A DNA stretch of 32,000 nt, taken from positions 630,001 to 662,000 of the forward strand of contig OY760660.1 of the NCBI GenBank assembly GCA_963663995.1, given 5' to 3'. The notes under the pieces are model-generated. The model was not told the DNA's origin. It ran no database searches and was given only the letters and a program-made list of their open reading frames with translations. This document shows, one piece after another, positions 1-11,457 of this stretch (position 1 is the stretch's first letter; each line of letters begins with the position of its first letter). The DNA comes from Erysipelotrichaceae bacterium (GTDB lineage: Bacteria; Bacillota_I; Bacilli_A; Erysipelotrichales; Erysipelotrichaceae). The position numbers were made by a program, and so were the translations under genes.

Positions 1-198
1 GATGTGCGTGTTCGCTATGAGTTCATGGTCGATGGATTAGTCCAAAACAATGCACGACTTTTAAACATGAACATTGGTGATGCAGCGCATCATATCCATT
101 GTACATATAGTTTAGATGGTGAACCTTTTGCGATAATGTGCAACTTTGTTCCCAATGAATTTTTACATTTTGAATTTACCTTAGGACAAAAATCATGA
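1..198 (+). CDS. GntR/HutC-family regulator, C-terminal (UTRA-like) fragment; 5' end lies outside the window
   Basis: Frame 1 is open from base 1. The tail ...ARLLNMNIGDAAHHIHCTYSLDGEPFAIMCNFVPNEFLHFEF resembles the end of a UTRA effector domain. Its stop overlaps the next GntR start (ATGA, 195-198). Confidence 0.45.
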   Translation, partial: DVRVRYEFMVDGLVQNNARLLNMNIGDAAHHIHCTYSLDGEPFAIMCNFVPNEFLHFEFTLGQKS

Positions 199-905
199 AT
201 ATAAATTTAGATCGACGCTCAAAAGTCAGTGTTTCCACTCAAATTGAAATCGCCATAAGAAAAATGATCTATAATCATAGTTTTTCAAATGGCGAAACAC
301 TTCCATCAATTGAAGATTTTGCGAAAGAATTGGCTGTCAACGAAAAAGATATCTTAAATGCTTATCGTAAACTTAAGGCTGAGCGCATAATCAAACAAGA
401 AGGTGAAGATTACATCGTTCAAAAAAGCTTTGTCCCTACCTATATGTTTGATCAAGTGATTTCTTTATTTGATTTAATTAAGGAAATTAACTTAGAACCT
501 AGTATTGAAACGATTTCCGTTGAAATCATCACAACTCCAAAATCACTTCAAGATTATGTATTGGATAATAAAGTTATCCGAACTAAACGTTTGTATAAAG
601 GTAATAATCGTCCCCTATTCTATTTAGACATTTATCTTAATAGCAAATTTGAATCCATTATTGATAGTTTAAAAAACAATGAACCTTATTATGATCAACT
701 CTATAAATTGACTAAACTTGATCATTCTACACGAACCTATGAAGCCATGAATGCTTCAAAAGATATTGCTGGAAAGTTAAACATTCCCGACAATTCACCG
801 ATTGTTTACTCAAAAATCATGAGTTATGACTTTGATAATCATTGGTTTGAAATCATTGAATCTTATAACCTAGTTGAAGTACAACACTTTGTCTATGAAT
901 CATAA
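195..905 (+). CDS. GntR-family transcriptional regulator, HutC subfamily (winged HTH + UTRA domain)
   Basis: 236 aa. The N-terminal pattern LPSIEDFAKELAVNEKDILNAYRKLKAERII is a GntR wHTH. The C-terminal 150 aa have a UTRA-like layout. Confidence 0.8.
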   Translation: MNINLDRRSKVSVSTQIEIAIRKMIYNHSFSNGETLPSIEDFAKELAVNEKDILNAYRKLKAERIIKQEGEDYIVQKSFVPTYMFDQVISLFDLIKEINLEPSIETISVEIITTPKSLQDYVLDNKVIRTKRLYKGNNRPLFYLDIYLNSKFESIIDSLKNNEPYYDQLYKLTKLDHSTRTYEAMNASKDIAGKLNIPDNSPIVYSKIMSYDFDNHWFEIIESYNLVEVQHFVYES

Positions 906-929
906 AACAGGAACGCTTCCTGTTTTTTT
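906..929 (+). terminator. Rho-independent terminator after the GntR gene
   Basis: AACAGGAA-cgc-TTCCTGTT stem (906-924) followed by a T7 run. Confidence 0.7.
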
Positions 930-993
930 ATTCGATTATTTAAATTACATAAAAAGACAAAAATACTATCAAATCATAAATCCAATTAAACAT

Positions 994-1021
994 AAGAAAA
1001 GGTCCATTTGAGTGGACCTTT
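994..1021 (-). terminator. Rho-independent terminator after rplT
   Basis: On the minus strand, AAAGGTCCA-ctcaaa-TGGACCTTT followed by TTTTCTT, directly downstream of the rplT stop. Confidence 0.6.
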
Positions 1022-1027
1022 AATGAA

Positions 1028-1396
1028 TTATTTAGCTGCTTTCGCTAAAGCTTTTTTAGCGGATGTTACAACTGAAGCAAAACCTTTTTCGTCATGGATA
1101 GCCATTTCTGATAACATTTTACGGTTAACATTAATGTTTGCTAATTTCATACCGTGCATTAATTGTGAATAACTGATTTCGTTCATACGAGCTGCAGCGT
1201 TAATACGTGCAATCCATAGACGTCTCATGTCGCGTTTTACTTGGCGACGATCACGATAAGCATAAGCAAGTGACTTCATCACTTGTTCATGAGCCGTACG
1301 ATATAATAAGTGTTTAGAACCAAAATAACCTTTGGCTAATTTTAGTACCTTTTTGCGACGAGCGCGGGTTGTAAATGAATTTTTAACTCTTGGCAT
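1028..1396 (-). CDS. rplT: 50S ribosomal protein L20
   Basis: 122 aa. [26 protein letters not shown]...YAYRDRRQ is the canonical L20 sequence. Operon order is infC-rpmI-rplT. Confidence 0.97.
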   Translation of the reverse strand: MPRVKNSFTTRARRKKVLKLAKGYFGSKHLLYRTAHEQVMKSLAYAYRDRRQVKRDMRRLWIARINAAARMNEISYSQLMHGMKLANINVNRKMLSEMAIHDEKGFASVVTSAKKALAKAAK

Positions 1397-1408
1397 TGTT
1401 AAGACCTC

Positions 1409-1603
1409 CTAATTATGAAGCATCAATTTGATGCGTTTGTAATCACTGGCACTTACCAATGTAGATTTACGTAGGTTACGTTTTTGTTTGTGGCTCTTGT
1501 TGGCCGCAAAGTGGGATACATAAGCATGACCGCGTTTTAATTTACCACTACCGGTTTTTTTAACACGTTTAGCCAATGCTTTTTTAGTTTTCATTTTAGG
1601 CAT
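1409..1603 (-). CDS. rpmI: 50S ribosomal protein L35
   Basis: 64 aa. [24 protein letters not shown] is the canonical L35 sequence. The gene lies between infC and rplT. Confidence 0.97.
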   Translation of the reverse strand: MPKMKTKKALAKRVKKTGSGKLKRGHAYVSHFAANKSHKQKRNLRKSTLVSASDYKRIKLMLHN

Positions 1604-1616
1604 ATTCGCTCTCCTC

Positions 1617-2141
1617 TTATTTTTTCTTTAAAGGGGTCAAAACCAAAGACATGGTACGACCTTCCATGACGGGCGCTTTATCTTCACTCGCAATATCTTT
1701 AACGGCTGTGACAAAATCATTCATGACTTTTTTACCAACTTCAATGCGGGTCATCATACGACCTTTAAAGCGCATATCTAGTTTAACTTTATTTCCTTCT
1801 TCTAAGAATTCACGAGCTTTCTTTAACTTGACTTCGAAGTCATGTTTATCGATAACTGGTGATAAACGAAGTGGTTTAAGTTCTTGTTGGTGTTGATGTT
1901 TTTTAGCTTCTTTTGCTTTCTTTTGATTTTCGAACTTAAAGCGTCCATAATCCAAAATCTTGCAGACTGGTGGGTTTCCTTGTGGGGCTACACAGAAGAG
2001 ATCTAATTCTTGATCGAATGCAGCAGTTAGCGCATCACGACGAGACATGACTCCTAATTGTTCTCCCTCAGGACCAATGACTAATACTTCTTTAAAGCGA
2101 ATGTTTTCGTTGACGAGTTCGTCAGACTTACGTTTTGTTAT
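1617..2141 (-). CDS. infC: Translation initiation factor IF-3; start reassigned to a non-canonical ATA codon
   Basis: The sequence (I)[29 protein letters not shown]... aligns from residue 1 with Bacillus IF-3 (ISKDQLVNEGIRAREV...). GGAGG (2151-2155) lies 9 nt upstream of ATA (2139-2141). The ORF-track ATG at 2195 lies inside a terminator hairpin. Confidence 0.9.
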   Translation of the reverse strand: MTKRKSDELVNENIRFKEVLVIGPEGEQLGVMSRRDALTAAFDQELDLFCVAPQGNPPVCKILDYGRFKFENQKKAKEAKKHQHQQELKPLRLSPVIDKHDFEVKLKKAREFLEEGNKVKLDMRFKGRMMTRIEVGKKVMNDFVTAVKDIASEDKAPVMEGRTMSLVLTPLKKK

Positions 2142-2290
2142 AAGGCGTTTCCTCCGTTTCGCAAAAAAGCGGATATCTTGTAGATACCCGCTCATGTAAA
2201 ATCATCTTAAATAGATAACATTGACATTGACCCATGATCGTTAGACACATCGGGTGAGAAACGGGTGTTTCTACTTTCCAATTGATTGCC
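2142..2290 (-). promoter_or_regulatory. infC-operon 5' leader; candidate ribosomal-protein-L20 leader (transcription attenuation)
   Basis: About 150 nt lie between the promoter and the infC start. They contain local hairpins (GAAAC-accc-GTTTC; ACCCgATG...CATGGGT) and end in the terminator above. In Bacillus this operon is controlled by an L20-binding leader. The covariance model was not run. Confidence 0.5.
2162..2192 (-). terminator. Leader terminator (attenuator) immediately upstream of the infC SD
   Basis: On the minus strand, AGCGGGTATC-tacaa-GATATCCGCT followed by TTTTTT, located 8 nt before GGAGG. Confidence 0.7.
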
Positions 2291-2295
2291 TAGTT

Positions 2296-2324
2296 AATAT
2301 ATCACTGCCATCCTTTAATGTCAA
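2296..2324 (-). promoter_or_regulatory. Sigma-A-type promoter of the infC operon
   Basis: On the minus strand, TTGACA (2324-2319), a 17-nt spacer, then TATATT (2301-2296). Confidence 0.65.
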
Positions 2325-2333
2325 CTAATGATA

Positions 2334-2627
2334 CTAGTCTTTTTTACGTCGTTTTCGTGAGAGCGTTAACCCACCAAAACCACTGATAATCGCCATATAA
2401 AAACCAAGGTCATAAAACCATCCTGTATTGATACTTTCATAGACGCGAATGTTTTTATCAAAAAGTCCGAGAATCAAAGAAATTGGCGCAATCCATCCAT
2501 GCCATATGCCCCATAAGAAACCAGCTGGACGCGATAGTGTATATGTTCCATCCCCAGGTACACAAGCAGTTAAGACTAAGAATGATAATAAGATTAATAA
2601 GATTATTTTAAACATCGTCTTTTTCAT
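2334..2627 (-). CDS. Small membrane lipoprotein, unknown function
   Basis: 97 aa. It has a signal peptide with lipobox LVLTAC, two further hydrophobic segments and a basic C-terminal tail (RKRRKKD). Confidence 0.6.
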   Translation of the reverse strand: MKKTMFKIILLILLSFLVLTACVPGDGTYTLSRPAGFLWGIWHGWIAPISLILGLFDKNIRVYESINTGWFYDLGFYMAIISGFGGLTLSRKRRKKD

Positions 2628-2695
2628 AACCCTATTATACCTTTTGTCTTTAACAATTGTTAGTCAGATAATTTGCATCTCTATTAGCATGAATA

Positions 2696-2704
2696 TGCTA
2701 TAAT
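2696..2704 (+). promoter_or_regulatory. Extended -10 element (TGcTATAAT) upstream of proS
   Basis: TGCTATAAT lies 27 nt upstream of the proS ATG. No good -35 at 17 nt (TTGCAT sits 20 nt away). SD AGAGGA lies before the ATG. Confidence 0.35.
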
Positions 2705-2731
2705 TTGACAAGTAAATTAGAGGATTAACGT

Positions 2732-5946
<3,215 letters not shown>

Positions 5947-5971
5947 AGCGGAAATGATTTTCCGCTTTTTT
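5947..5971 (+). terminator. Rho-independent terminator after the GH1 gene
   Basis: AGCGGAAA-tgat-TTTCCGCT followed by TTTTTT. It sits between convergent genes. Confidence 0.75.
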
Positions 5972-5972
5972 A

Positions 5973-6254
5973 TTAAATATCGATTAATTTGATTTCTATC
6001 TTTTTATTTAAGCCTGTCGCAAAACGAGCAAGCGTCTCAATGCTTGGAGAATGTTTTCTATTTTCAAATCGAGAAATATTCGATTTAGGAATACCAATTT
6101 TTATAGCTAATTGATCTTGTGTTAGATGATTTTTTACTCTTAAATCTATGAGTGCTTGGATGATTTGATATTCTGCTTCTAGTGCATCATATTCTTTTTT
6201 TATATCCGGATTACTCAATAATTCTTCTTTTAATTTTGTAAAAGTATTATCCAT
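5973..6254 (-). CDS. XRE-family HTH antitoxin (HigA-like)
   Basis: 93 aa. LTQDQLAIKIGIPKSNISRFENRKHSPSIETLARFATGL is an XRE HTH. It overlaps the upstream toxin gene by 8 nt. Confidence 0.8.
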   Translation of the reverse strand: MDNTFTKLKEELLSNPDIKKEYDALEAEYQIIQALIDLRVKNHLTQDQLAIKIGIPKSNISRFENRKHSPSIETLARFATGLNKKIEIKLIDI

Positions 6255-6606
6255 TTTGTCTATCCTCCCAATCTTTTTGATATTTAAGTGCTAACAGAAT
6301 TTCAGCTCTTAGCGTTTTTTGTACTTTCTTTATAAAACTGTTTAGTAATATTATTTGTTTCTTACGCGTAAAAAAATCAAATATCCTAGAAATATTTGTA
6401 CTTTGTTTAGTTCTAAGTTCAAAGATATTAGATTTAGAATATTTTATTTTATTTGAATAGGAATAATCAATATCTTTACCATATTTTTCCAATAATTCTA
6501 AATCTCTCAAAACTTTCGTTTGTAGTTTCAAATCATTAATATTTAAAATAAATTCCTTTATTGGACAATATCCACTTCTTCTTGCATAAAAAACGATTTC
6601 AAACAT
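6247..6606 (-). CDS. Type II toxin, RelE/ParE superfamily (HigB / Gp49-like)
   Basis: 119 aa with blocks LLEKYG, FELRT, NISRIFDFF and IILLNSFIKK..KT. The toxin-first gene order is typical of HigBA. It is a paralogue of 14884-15255. Confidence 0.75.
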   Translation of the reverse strand: MFEIVFYARRSGYCPIKEFILNINDLKLQTKVLRDLELLEKYGKDIDYSYSNKIKYSKSNIFELRTKQSTNISRIFDFFTRKKQIILLNSFIKKVQKTLRAEILLALKYQKDWEDRQNG

Positions 6607-6621
6607 TCACCCTTCTAAATA

Positions 6622-6637
6622 TTATCATATTTGATAA
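6622..6637. promoter_or_regulatory. Palindrome TTATCA-tatt-TGATAA upstream of the toxin SD; candidate antitoxin operator
   Basis: A perfect 6-bp inverted repeat lies about 15 nt upstream of the toxin start codon (6606). Confidence 0.3.
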
Positions 6638-6709
6638 CTTGCTTAAACATTTTCTAAGGTGTTAAGAAAAATCATCTAATATTTATTACGATTGGTGATG
6701 GTATTATCC

Positions 6710-6737
6710 TAAAAAAAGGCTCTCAATTGAGAACCTT
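6710..6737 (-). terminator. Rho-independent terminator after the ABC exporter operon
   Basis: On the minus strand, AAGGTTCTCAATTGAGAGCCTT followed by TTTTTTT, directly downstream of the stop at 6744. Confidence 0.7.
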
Positions 6738-6743
6738 AGTTAT

Positions 6744-8636
6744 TTATGCTAATTGAGTTTTTAAATTAAGATCTTCAGTTTCTTCTGGTTCAAATTGTGA
6801 ATTGTAGAGTTTAGCATAGAAACCATTCGCTTCAAGAAGTTCTTCATGATTTCCTTTTTCGACAATATCACCATGATCCATTACTAAGATTAAATCAGCA
6901 TTCTTAATCGTTGATAAACGGTGGGCAATAATAAAGCTTGTACGCCCTTCCATGAGTACATCCATCGCTTTTTGAATATGGACTTCTGTACGTGTATCAA
7001 CTGATGATGTTGCTTCATCTAAGATAAGAACTTTTGGATCAGCAAGAATGGCTCTTGCGATGGTTAATAATTGTTTTTGACCTTGAGAGATATTTGATGT
7101 GTCTTCATTTAAGACCATGTCATATCCTTCAGGTAACGTTTGAACAAAGTGATCAACTTGTGCCATCTTAGCTGCATTGTATACTTCATCATCACTTGCA
7201 CTTAAGCGTCCATAACGAATATTTTCACGAATGTTGCCATTGTATAACCAAGTGTCTTGTAAAACCATTCCAAAGACATGTCTGAGATCATTACGTCTAA
7301 AGTTACGCAAATCATGTCCATCGACTAAGATTTGACCTTCTAAGACATCATAGAAGCGCATTAGAAGTTTAACCATTGTCGTTTTACCAGCACCTGTTGG
7401 CCCAACAATCGCAATTTTTTGACCTTTTTTAACATCTGCTTTGAAATCTTTAATAATGACTTGTTCAGGATTGTAACCAAATTTAACATGGTCGAATGAT
7501 ACTTGTCCTTGAATATTTTCAGCACTTGGATATTCTACTGGATCTGCAACCATTTCTTCTTCCTCTAAGAGTTTGAAGATTTTTTCAGTTGCAGCAAGGG
7601 TTGATTGAAGCATCGATGATTGTGATGCCATTTGCGCAATTGGTTGAGTAAAGTTACGCATGTATTGAATAAAGGATTGGATATTACCAATGGTAATAGT
7701 ACCCATTGATGCATAATAACCACCCATAATACTAATTGCGACATAACCTAAGTTACCAATACTATTCATTAACGGCATCATTAAGCCTGAGAAGAATTGA
7801 GATTTCCAAGCTGAATCATAAAGGTCATCATTGGCTTTATTGAAGATTTCTACAGCTTGTTTTTCACCATTAAAAGATTTAACTAAAATGTGATTACCAA
7901 ACATTTCTTCAACTTGTCCATTAACAACTCCAAGTCCTGCTTGTTGAGCTTTAAAGTATTTTTGTGAGAACTTAAAGATTAGACCAATAATTCCCATGGA
8001 TACTGGTAGAACTAAGAGTCCAACCACTGACATTTGCCAATTAATCGAAAACATCATAATTAGAATACCCACAACCGACACAACTGAAGTAATCAATTGT
8101 GATAAACCTTGTTGAAGTGAGTTGTTAATCGCATCAACGTCATTGGTAAAGTGTGATAAGACTTCCCCGTAGGTATGTGTATCAAAGTATTTGAGTGGCA
8201 AACGATCCACTTTTTCATGAATTCTTTTACGTAAGTTGAAGGTAACATCATTGGCCACACGGGTCATGATGAATCCTTGGATATAAGATAGAATTGCACT
8301 GAGGACATATAGACCAACTAAGAAGATAATAATGTTTCCAATACCTTCAAAATCAATCGATCCACTATTGGTAATCTTAGCCATAATTCCTTCAACTAAG
8401 ATGGTTGTGGCATTCCCTAAAATCTTAGGACCAATAATCGTAAAGACAGTAGAAGCTATCGCGAAGATAACGACTAAAAATATTCTGAAACGATAGGGGT
8501 TAAGTAAAGACCCTAACTTTTTAATACTATCTTTAGTATCTTGTGGTTTTTCACCACTTCCACCCCCCATCGGGCCATGGCCCATAGGACCACCCATACG
8601 ACGAGGTTGTTTTTTTAGTGCTTCATTTTGACTCAT
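6744..8636 (-). CDS. ABC exporter half-transporter (TMD-NBD), the consensus-ATPase subunit of a heterodimer
   Basis: 630 aa with 6 TM plus an NBD. Walker A is GPTGAGKTT, Walker B is LILDEAT and the H-loop is IIAHR. The signature is non-canonical (ISQGQ). It has a Gly/Pro-rich N-terminal tail. Confidence 0.9.
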   Translation of the reverse strand: MSQNEALKKQPRRMGGPMGHGPMGGGSGEKPQDTKDSIKKLGSLLNPYRFRIFLVVIFAIASTVFTIIGPKILGNATTILVEGIMAKITNSGSIDFEGIGNIIIFLVGLYVLSAILSYIQGFIMTRVANDVTFNLRKRIHEKVDRLPLKYFDTHTYGEVLSHFTNDVDAINNSLQQGLSQLITSVVSVVGILIMMFSINWQMSVVGLLVLPVSMGIIGLIFKFSQKYFKAQQAGLGVVNGQVEEMFGNHILVKSFNGEKQAVEIFNKANDDLYDSAWKSQFFSGLMMPLMNSIGNLGYVAISIMGGYYASMGTITIGNIQSFIQYMRNFTQPIAQMASQSSMLQSTLAATEKIFKLLEEEEMVADPVEYPSAENIQGQVSFDHVKFGYNPEQVIIKDFKADVKKGQKIAIVGPTGAGKTTMVKLLMRFYDVLEGQILVDGHDLRNFRRNDLRHVFGMVLQDTWLYNGNIRENIRYGRLSASDDEVYNAAKMAQVDHFVQTLPEGYDMVLNEDTSNISQGQKQLLTIARAILADPKVLILDEATSSVDTRTEVHIQKAMDVLMEGRTSFIIAHRLSTIKNADLILVMDHGDIVEKGNHEELLEANGFYAKLYNSQFEPEETEDLNLKTQLA

Positions 8637-10828
8637 AAGGCTAACTCCTTAGCTGATAGTTGTGATGATGCAATTTCATAATAAGTCTCACAAGATTTGA
8701 GTAATTCTTTGTGGGTACCAATGCCAACCATTTTTCCTTCTTCAAGGACAATGATTTGGTCAGCATCCATAATCGTGTTAACCCGTTGTGCGACAATTAA
8801 AATCGTTGTATCTTTTAAGTTTTTCTTTAATGCAGATCGTAATTTTTGGTCTGTTTTAAAGTCTAAAGCAGAGAATGAATCATCAAAGATGAGGACTGGT
8901 GATTGTTTAACTAAAGCACGGGCAATCGATAAACGTTGTTTTTGTCCACCAGAAACATTCGCTCCTGCTTGGGCAATATGGGTTTCATAACCTTCTTCTT
9001 TTTCTGAGATAAAGTCGATTGCTTGAGCAATTTCACTGGCATGTACGACTTCATCTTGATCTGCTTCTGGCTTACCATATTTAAGGTTGTAGTTAATGCT
9101 TCCAGAAAGTAACATACCTTTTTGAGGGATATAAGCAATTTCCGCATGAACATCATGTTGTGTTGCTTCACGAACATCAACACCAGACACTTTAATTGAG
9201 CCTTCACTGACATCATAGAATCTTGGTATCAAGTTAATTAAAGTACTCTTACCACTACCAGTTGATCCAATAATCGCGGTCGTTTTTCCAGGTTCAGCAA
9301 CAAAGCTGATATCTTTAATAACATATTCTTTAGCATTTTTATATTTGAAACTGACTTTATCAAATTCAACAAATCCACGCTTCGTTTCATCAAATGCTTT
9401 AGCATTTTGTGGATCTTTAATCGAGTTATCCATTTCTAAGACATCAGCAATACGATTTGCTGAAACTTGAGCACGTGGGAAGATAATGAAAATCATAGAG
9501 ATCATTAAGAATGACATAATAATTTGCATTGCATATTGCATGAACGCCATCATATCGCCAATTTGTAAAGTACCTAAATCAATTTGATGTGCACCAAACC
9601 ATACAATCGCAACAATCGTTAAGTTCATAATAACCATCATAACTGGCATCATGGTGACCATAACACGTGCGACAAAGAGTAAGACATCAGCAAGATCTTT
9701 ATTAGCTTTTTCAAAACGTTCATCTTCGAAATCTTGGTTTGCAAATGCTCGAACGACCATCAATCCACTTAAGTTTTCACGGGCAACCAAATTTAATTTA
9801 TCTATTAATGTTTGCGTTAATTTAAACTTCGGTACAGCAACCATAAAGACAGCGATAATCACAACAATGAGTGCTGCAACGGCACTCGCAATAATCCACG
9901 CCATACTTAAATCTGTACGGGTAATCATAAAGACTCCACCAACCGCCATAATTGGGGCATAGAAGAAAATACGTGTTCCCATCGCCACAAAACGTTGAAT
10001 TTGGGTGATATCATTGGTAGATCGTGTAATCAGGGATGAAGAAGAGAAATGATCAAATTCTTCATTCGAAAATGTTTCAACTTTTTCAAATAATGCTTTA
10101 CGCATTGCTTGAGCAACCCCTGCCCCCATTCGAGAACCAAAATAACCAACTAAAATAACTGCTAGTGCACCTATTAATGAGAACAGAATCATGATTCCGC
10201 CTGTTTGCAGAATATAATTCATTTGGATTTGATCTAAATCAGCCCCTAGTTCTGTTAAAAAGCCTTTGGCAAGAACAACACCTGTTTGTGCTTTTAACAT
10301 ATCACTAACATCTGCTGCACTTTCTTGATAAGGTGCCAACATTTCAGCAGGCATCATCGCTATTTGATTTGAGAATGCATAGAGTTGAGTCACATCAATG
10401 TTTTCCATACTCATCGATGATGAACCACTATTTCCTTGTGATTGGGCAAAATTAATCAGTGTCCATACAGATTCACCAATAGCTTTATCTAAAGCAAGAA
10501 CGGTTGTTTCATCAGTATTTACTAACACATAAACAGTGTTTGGTGCATCTGGATAAGAAGCATCACTGTAGTTTGTTTCTAAAGTATATCCTTCTTCTAA
10601 TAATGTTTTGTTTTCATCTGAACTTAAAGCATAGACAAAGTTATAAGCCTCTTCACTCATAACATCGATTGCGGCATGTTCAATCCCACCTTGTTGGATG
10701 CCAACAGAAACGATATCTGACATATAATTTGGTAAATTTAAGTCAGAAAACGCTTGTACAAACAAGAGTGATAAAACCATAATCATTGAAAATATAAAGG
10801 GTTTAAAAAATGATTTTAATCTTAACAT
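8633..10828 (-). CDS. ABC exporter half-transporter (TMD-NBD), the degenerate-site subunit, with a large extracytoplasmic insert
   Basis: 731 aa. Walker A is GSTGSGKST and the signature VSGGQ is canonical. Walker B is LIFDDS (Asp replaces the catalytic Glu) and the H-loop is IVAQR (Gln replaces His). About 170 non-hydrophobic residues lie between TM1 and TM2. It overlaps the downstream gene by 4 nt. Confidence 0.9.
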   Translation of the reverse strand: MLRLKSFFKPFIFSMIMVLSLLFVQAFSDLNLPNYMSDIVSVGIQQGGIEHAAIDVMSEEAYNFVYALSSDENKTLLEEGYTLETNYSDASYPDAPNTVYVLVNTDETTVLALDKAIGESVWTLINFAQSQGNSGSSSMSMENIDVTQLYAFSNQIAMMPAEMLAPYQESAADVSDMLKAQTGVVLAKGFLTELGADLDQIQMNYILQTGGIMILFSLIGALAVILVGYFGSRMGAGVAQAMRKALFEKVETFSNEEFDHFSSSSLITRSTNDITQIQRFVAMGTRIFFYAPIMAVGGVFMITRTDLSMAWIIASAVAALIVVIIAVFMVAVPKFKLTQTLIDKLNLVARENLSGLMVVRAFANQDFEDERFEKANKDLADVLLFVARVMVTMMPVMMVIMNLTIVAIVWFGAHQIDLGTLQIGDMMAFMQYAMQIIMSFLMISMIFIIFPRAQVSANRIADVLEMDNSIKDPQNAKAFDETKRGFVEFDKVSFKYKNAKEYVIKDISFVAEPGKTTAIIGSTGSGKSTLINLIPRFYDVSEGSIKVSGVDVREATQHDVHAEIAYIPQKGMLLSGSINYNLKYGKPEADQDEVVHASEIAQAIDFISEKEEGYETHIAQAGANVSGGQKQRLSIARALVKQSPVLIFDDSFSALDFKTDQKLRSALKKNLKDTTILIVAQRVNTIMDADQIIVLEEGKMVGIGTHKELLKSCETYYEIASSQLSAKELAL

Positions 10829-10832
10829 AAGT

Positions 10833-11285
10833 TTAACTTTCTAAGTCTTTGTTAGACATTTTTTCAGCATATTCTAGTACTTTATCCATAATAGGAAGCA
10901 TAATCTTTGTATCTTCTTCACCGATGTAGTCAATCATACCTTCGATAAAATCAGATGCTTCTTTATAAGCAATGCGTAATTGTTCTTTACCTTTATCAGT
11001 TAAACTGACCCAGGTTACACGACGATCATTTTCGTCACTCTCACGTTTAACAAATCCTACTTTGACAAGTTTTTCAACCATCTGTGAACTTGCCGCATTA
11101 GTAACATCCATTTTTTGAGCTAATTGAGACGTAGTAAAAGCTTGACCAGGATTGATCTCATGCATCGTAATCAGTAAAAATATGAACTTCTTTTTACCAT
11201 CATGTGTTTTCCGCATTACTCTTTGTAATTGCGAAAACTTTTCCATAAATAGATGAACTTGTTTTCTTTTTTCTACTTGCATCAT
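10833..11285 (-). CDS. MarR-family transcriptional regulator
   Basis: 150 aa. The wHTH is TTSQLAQKMDVTNAASSQMVEKLVKVGFVKRESDENDRRVTWVSLTDKG. It lies 4 nt upstream of the ABC genes. Confidence 0.88.
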   Translation of the reverse strand: MMQVEKRKQVHLFMEKFSQLQRVMRKTHDGKKKFIFLLITMHEINPGQAFTTSQLAQKMDVTNAASSQMVEKLVKVGFVKRESDENDRRVTWVSLTDKGKEQLRIAYKEASDFIEGMIDYIGEEDTKIMLPIMDKVLEYAEKMSNKDLES

Positions 11286-11303
11286 AAAGTATAAGCTCCT
11301 TAA

Positions 11304-11322
11304 TAGTTAAGTACCTTAACTA
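11304..11322. promoter_or_regulatory. Perfect palindrome TAGTTAAG-nnn-CTTAACTA; candidate MarR operator
   Basis: An 8-bp inverted repeat with a 3-nt spacer abuts the -10 hexamer and lies just upstream of the marR SD (AAGGAG). Confidence 0.5.
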
Positions 11323-11349
11323 ATATACACCCTAAATAAAAAAATGCAA
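11322..11349 (-). promoter_or_regulatory. Sigma-A-type promoter of the marR-ABC operon
   Basis: On the minus strand, TTGCAT (11349-11344), a 16-nt spacer, then TATATT (11327-11322). Confidence 0.55.
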
Positions 11350-11457
11350 ATACATATGCAACTTCTATTTATAAATATCTTTATGGACTCTAATTTAAAC
11401 GTCTGATTTTACAATTTTCACGATCTTTATTTTTAAATACGAATTTAAAGTAATTTT

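Noticed and set aside
1651-1896. 81-aa plus-strand ORF
   Set aside because: It lies entirely antisense within infC. It has low-complexity Ser/Leu-rich composition typical of a shadow frame, and no SD.
2449-2703. 84-aa plus-strand ORF
   Set aside because: It is mostly antisense to the lipoprotein gene and runs into the proS promoter region. It has no SD and no recognisable motifs.
2628-2731. Possible T-box riboswitch upstream of proS
   Set aside because: Only about 100 nt are available. I see no specifier-loop/T-box (AGGGUGGNACCGCG-like) sequence and no terminator/antiterminator pair.
8697-9216. Two ORFs (97 aa plus strand, 101 aa minus strand, out of frame) inside the 731-aa ABC gene
   Set aside because: They are shadow or alternative-frame ORFs inside a gene whose own frame carries complete ABC motifs.
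9651-9962. 103-aa plus-strand ORF
   Set aside because: It is antisense to the TMD-coding part of the ABC gene. The hydrophobic-gene antisense frame is open by composition only.
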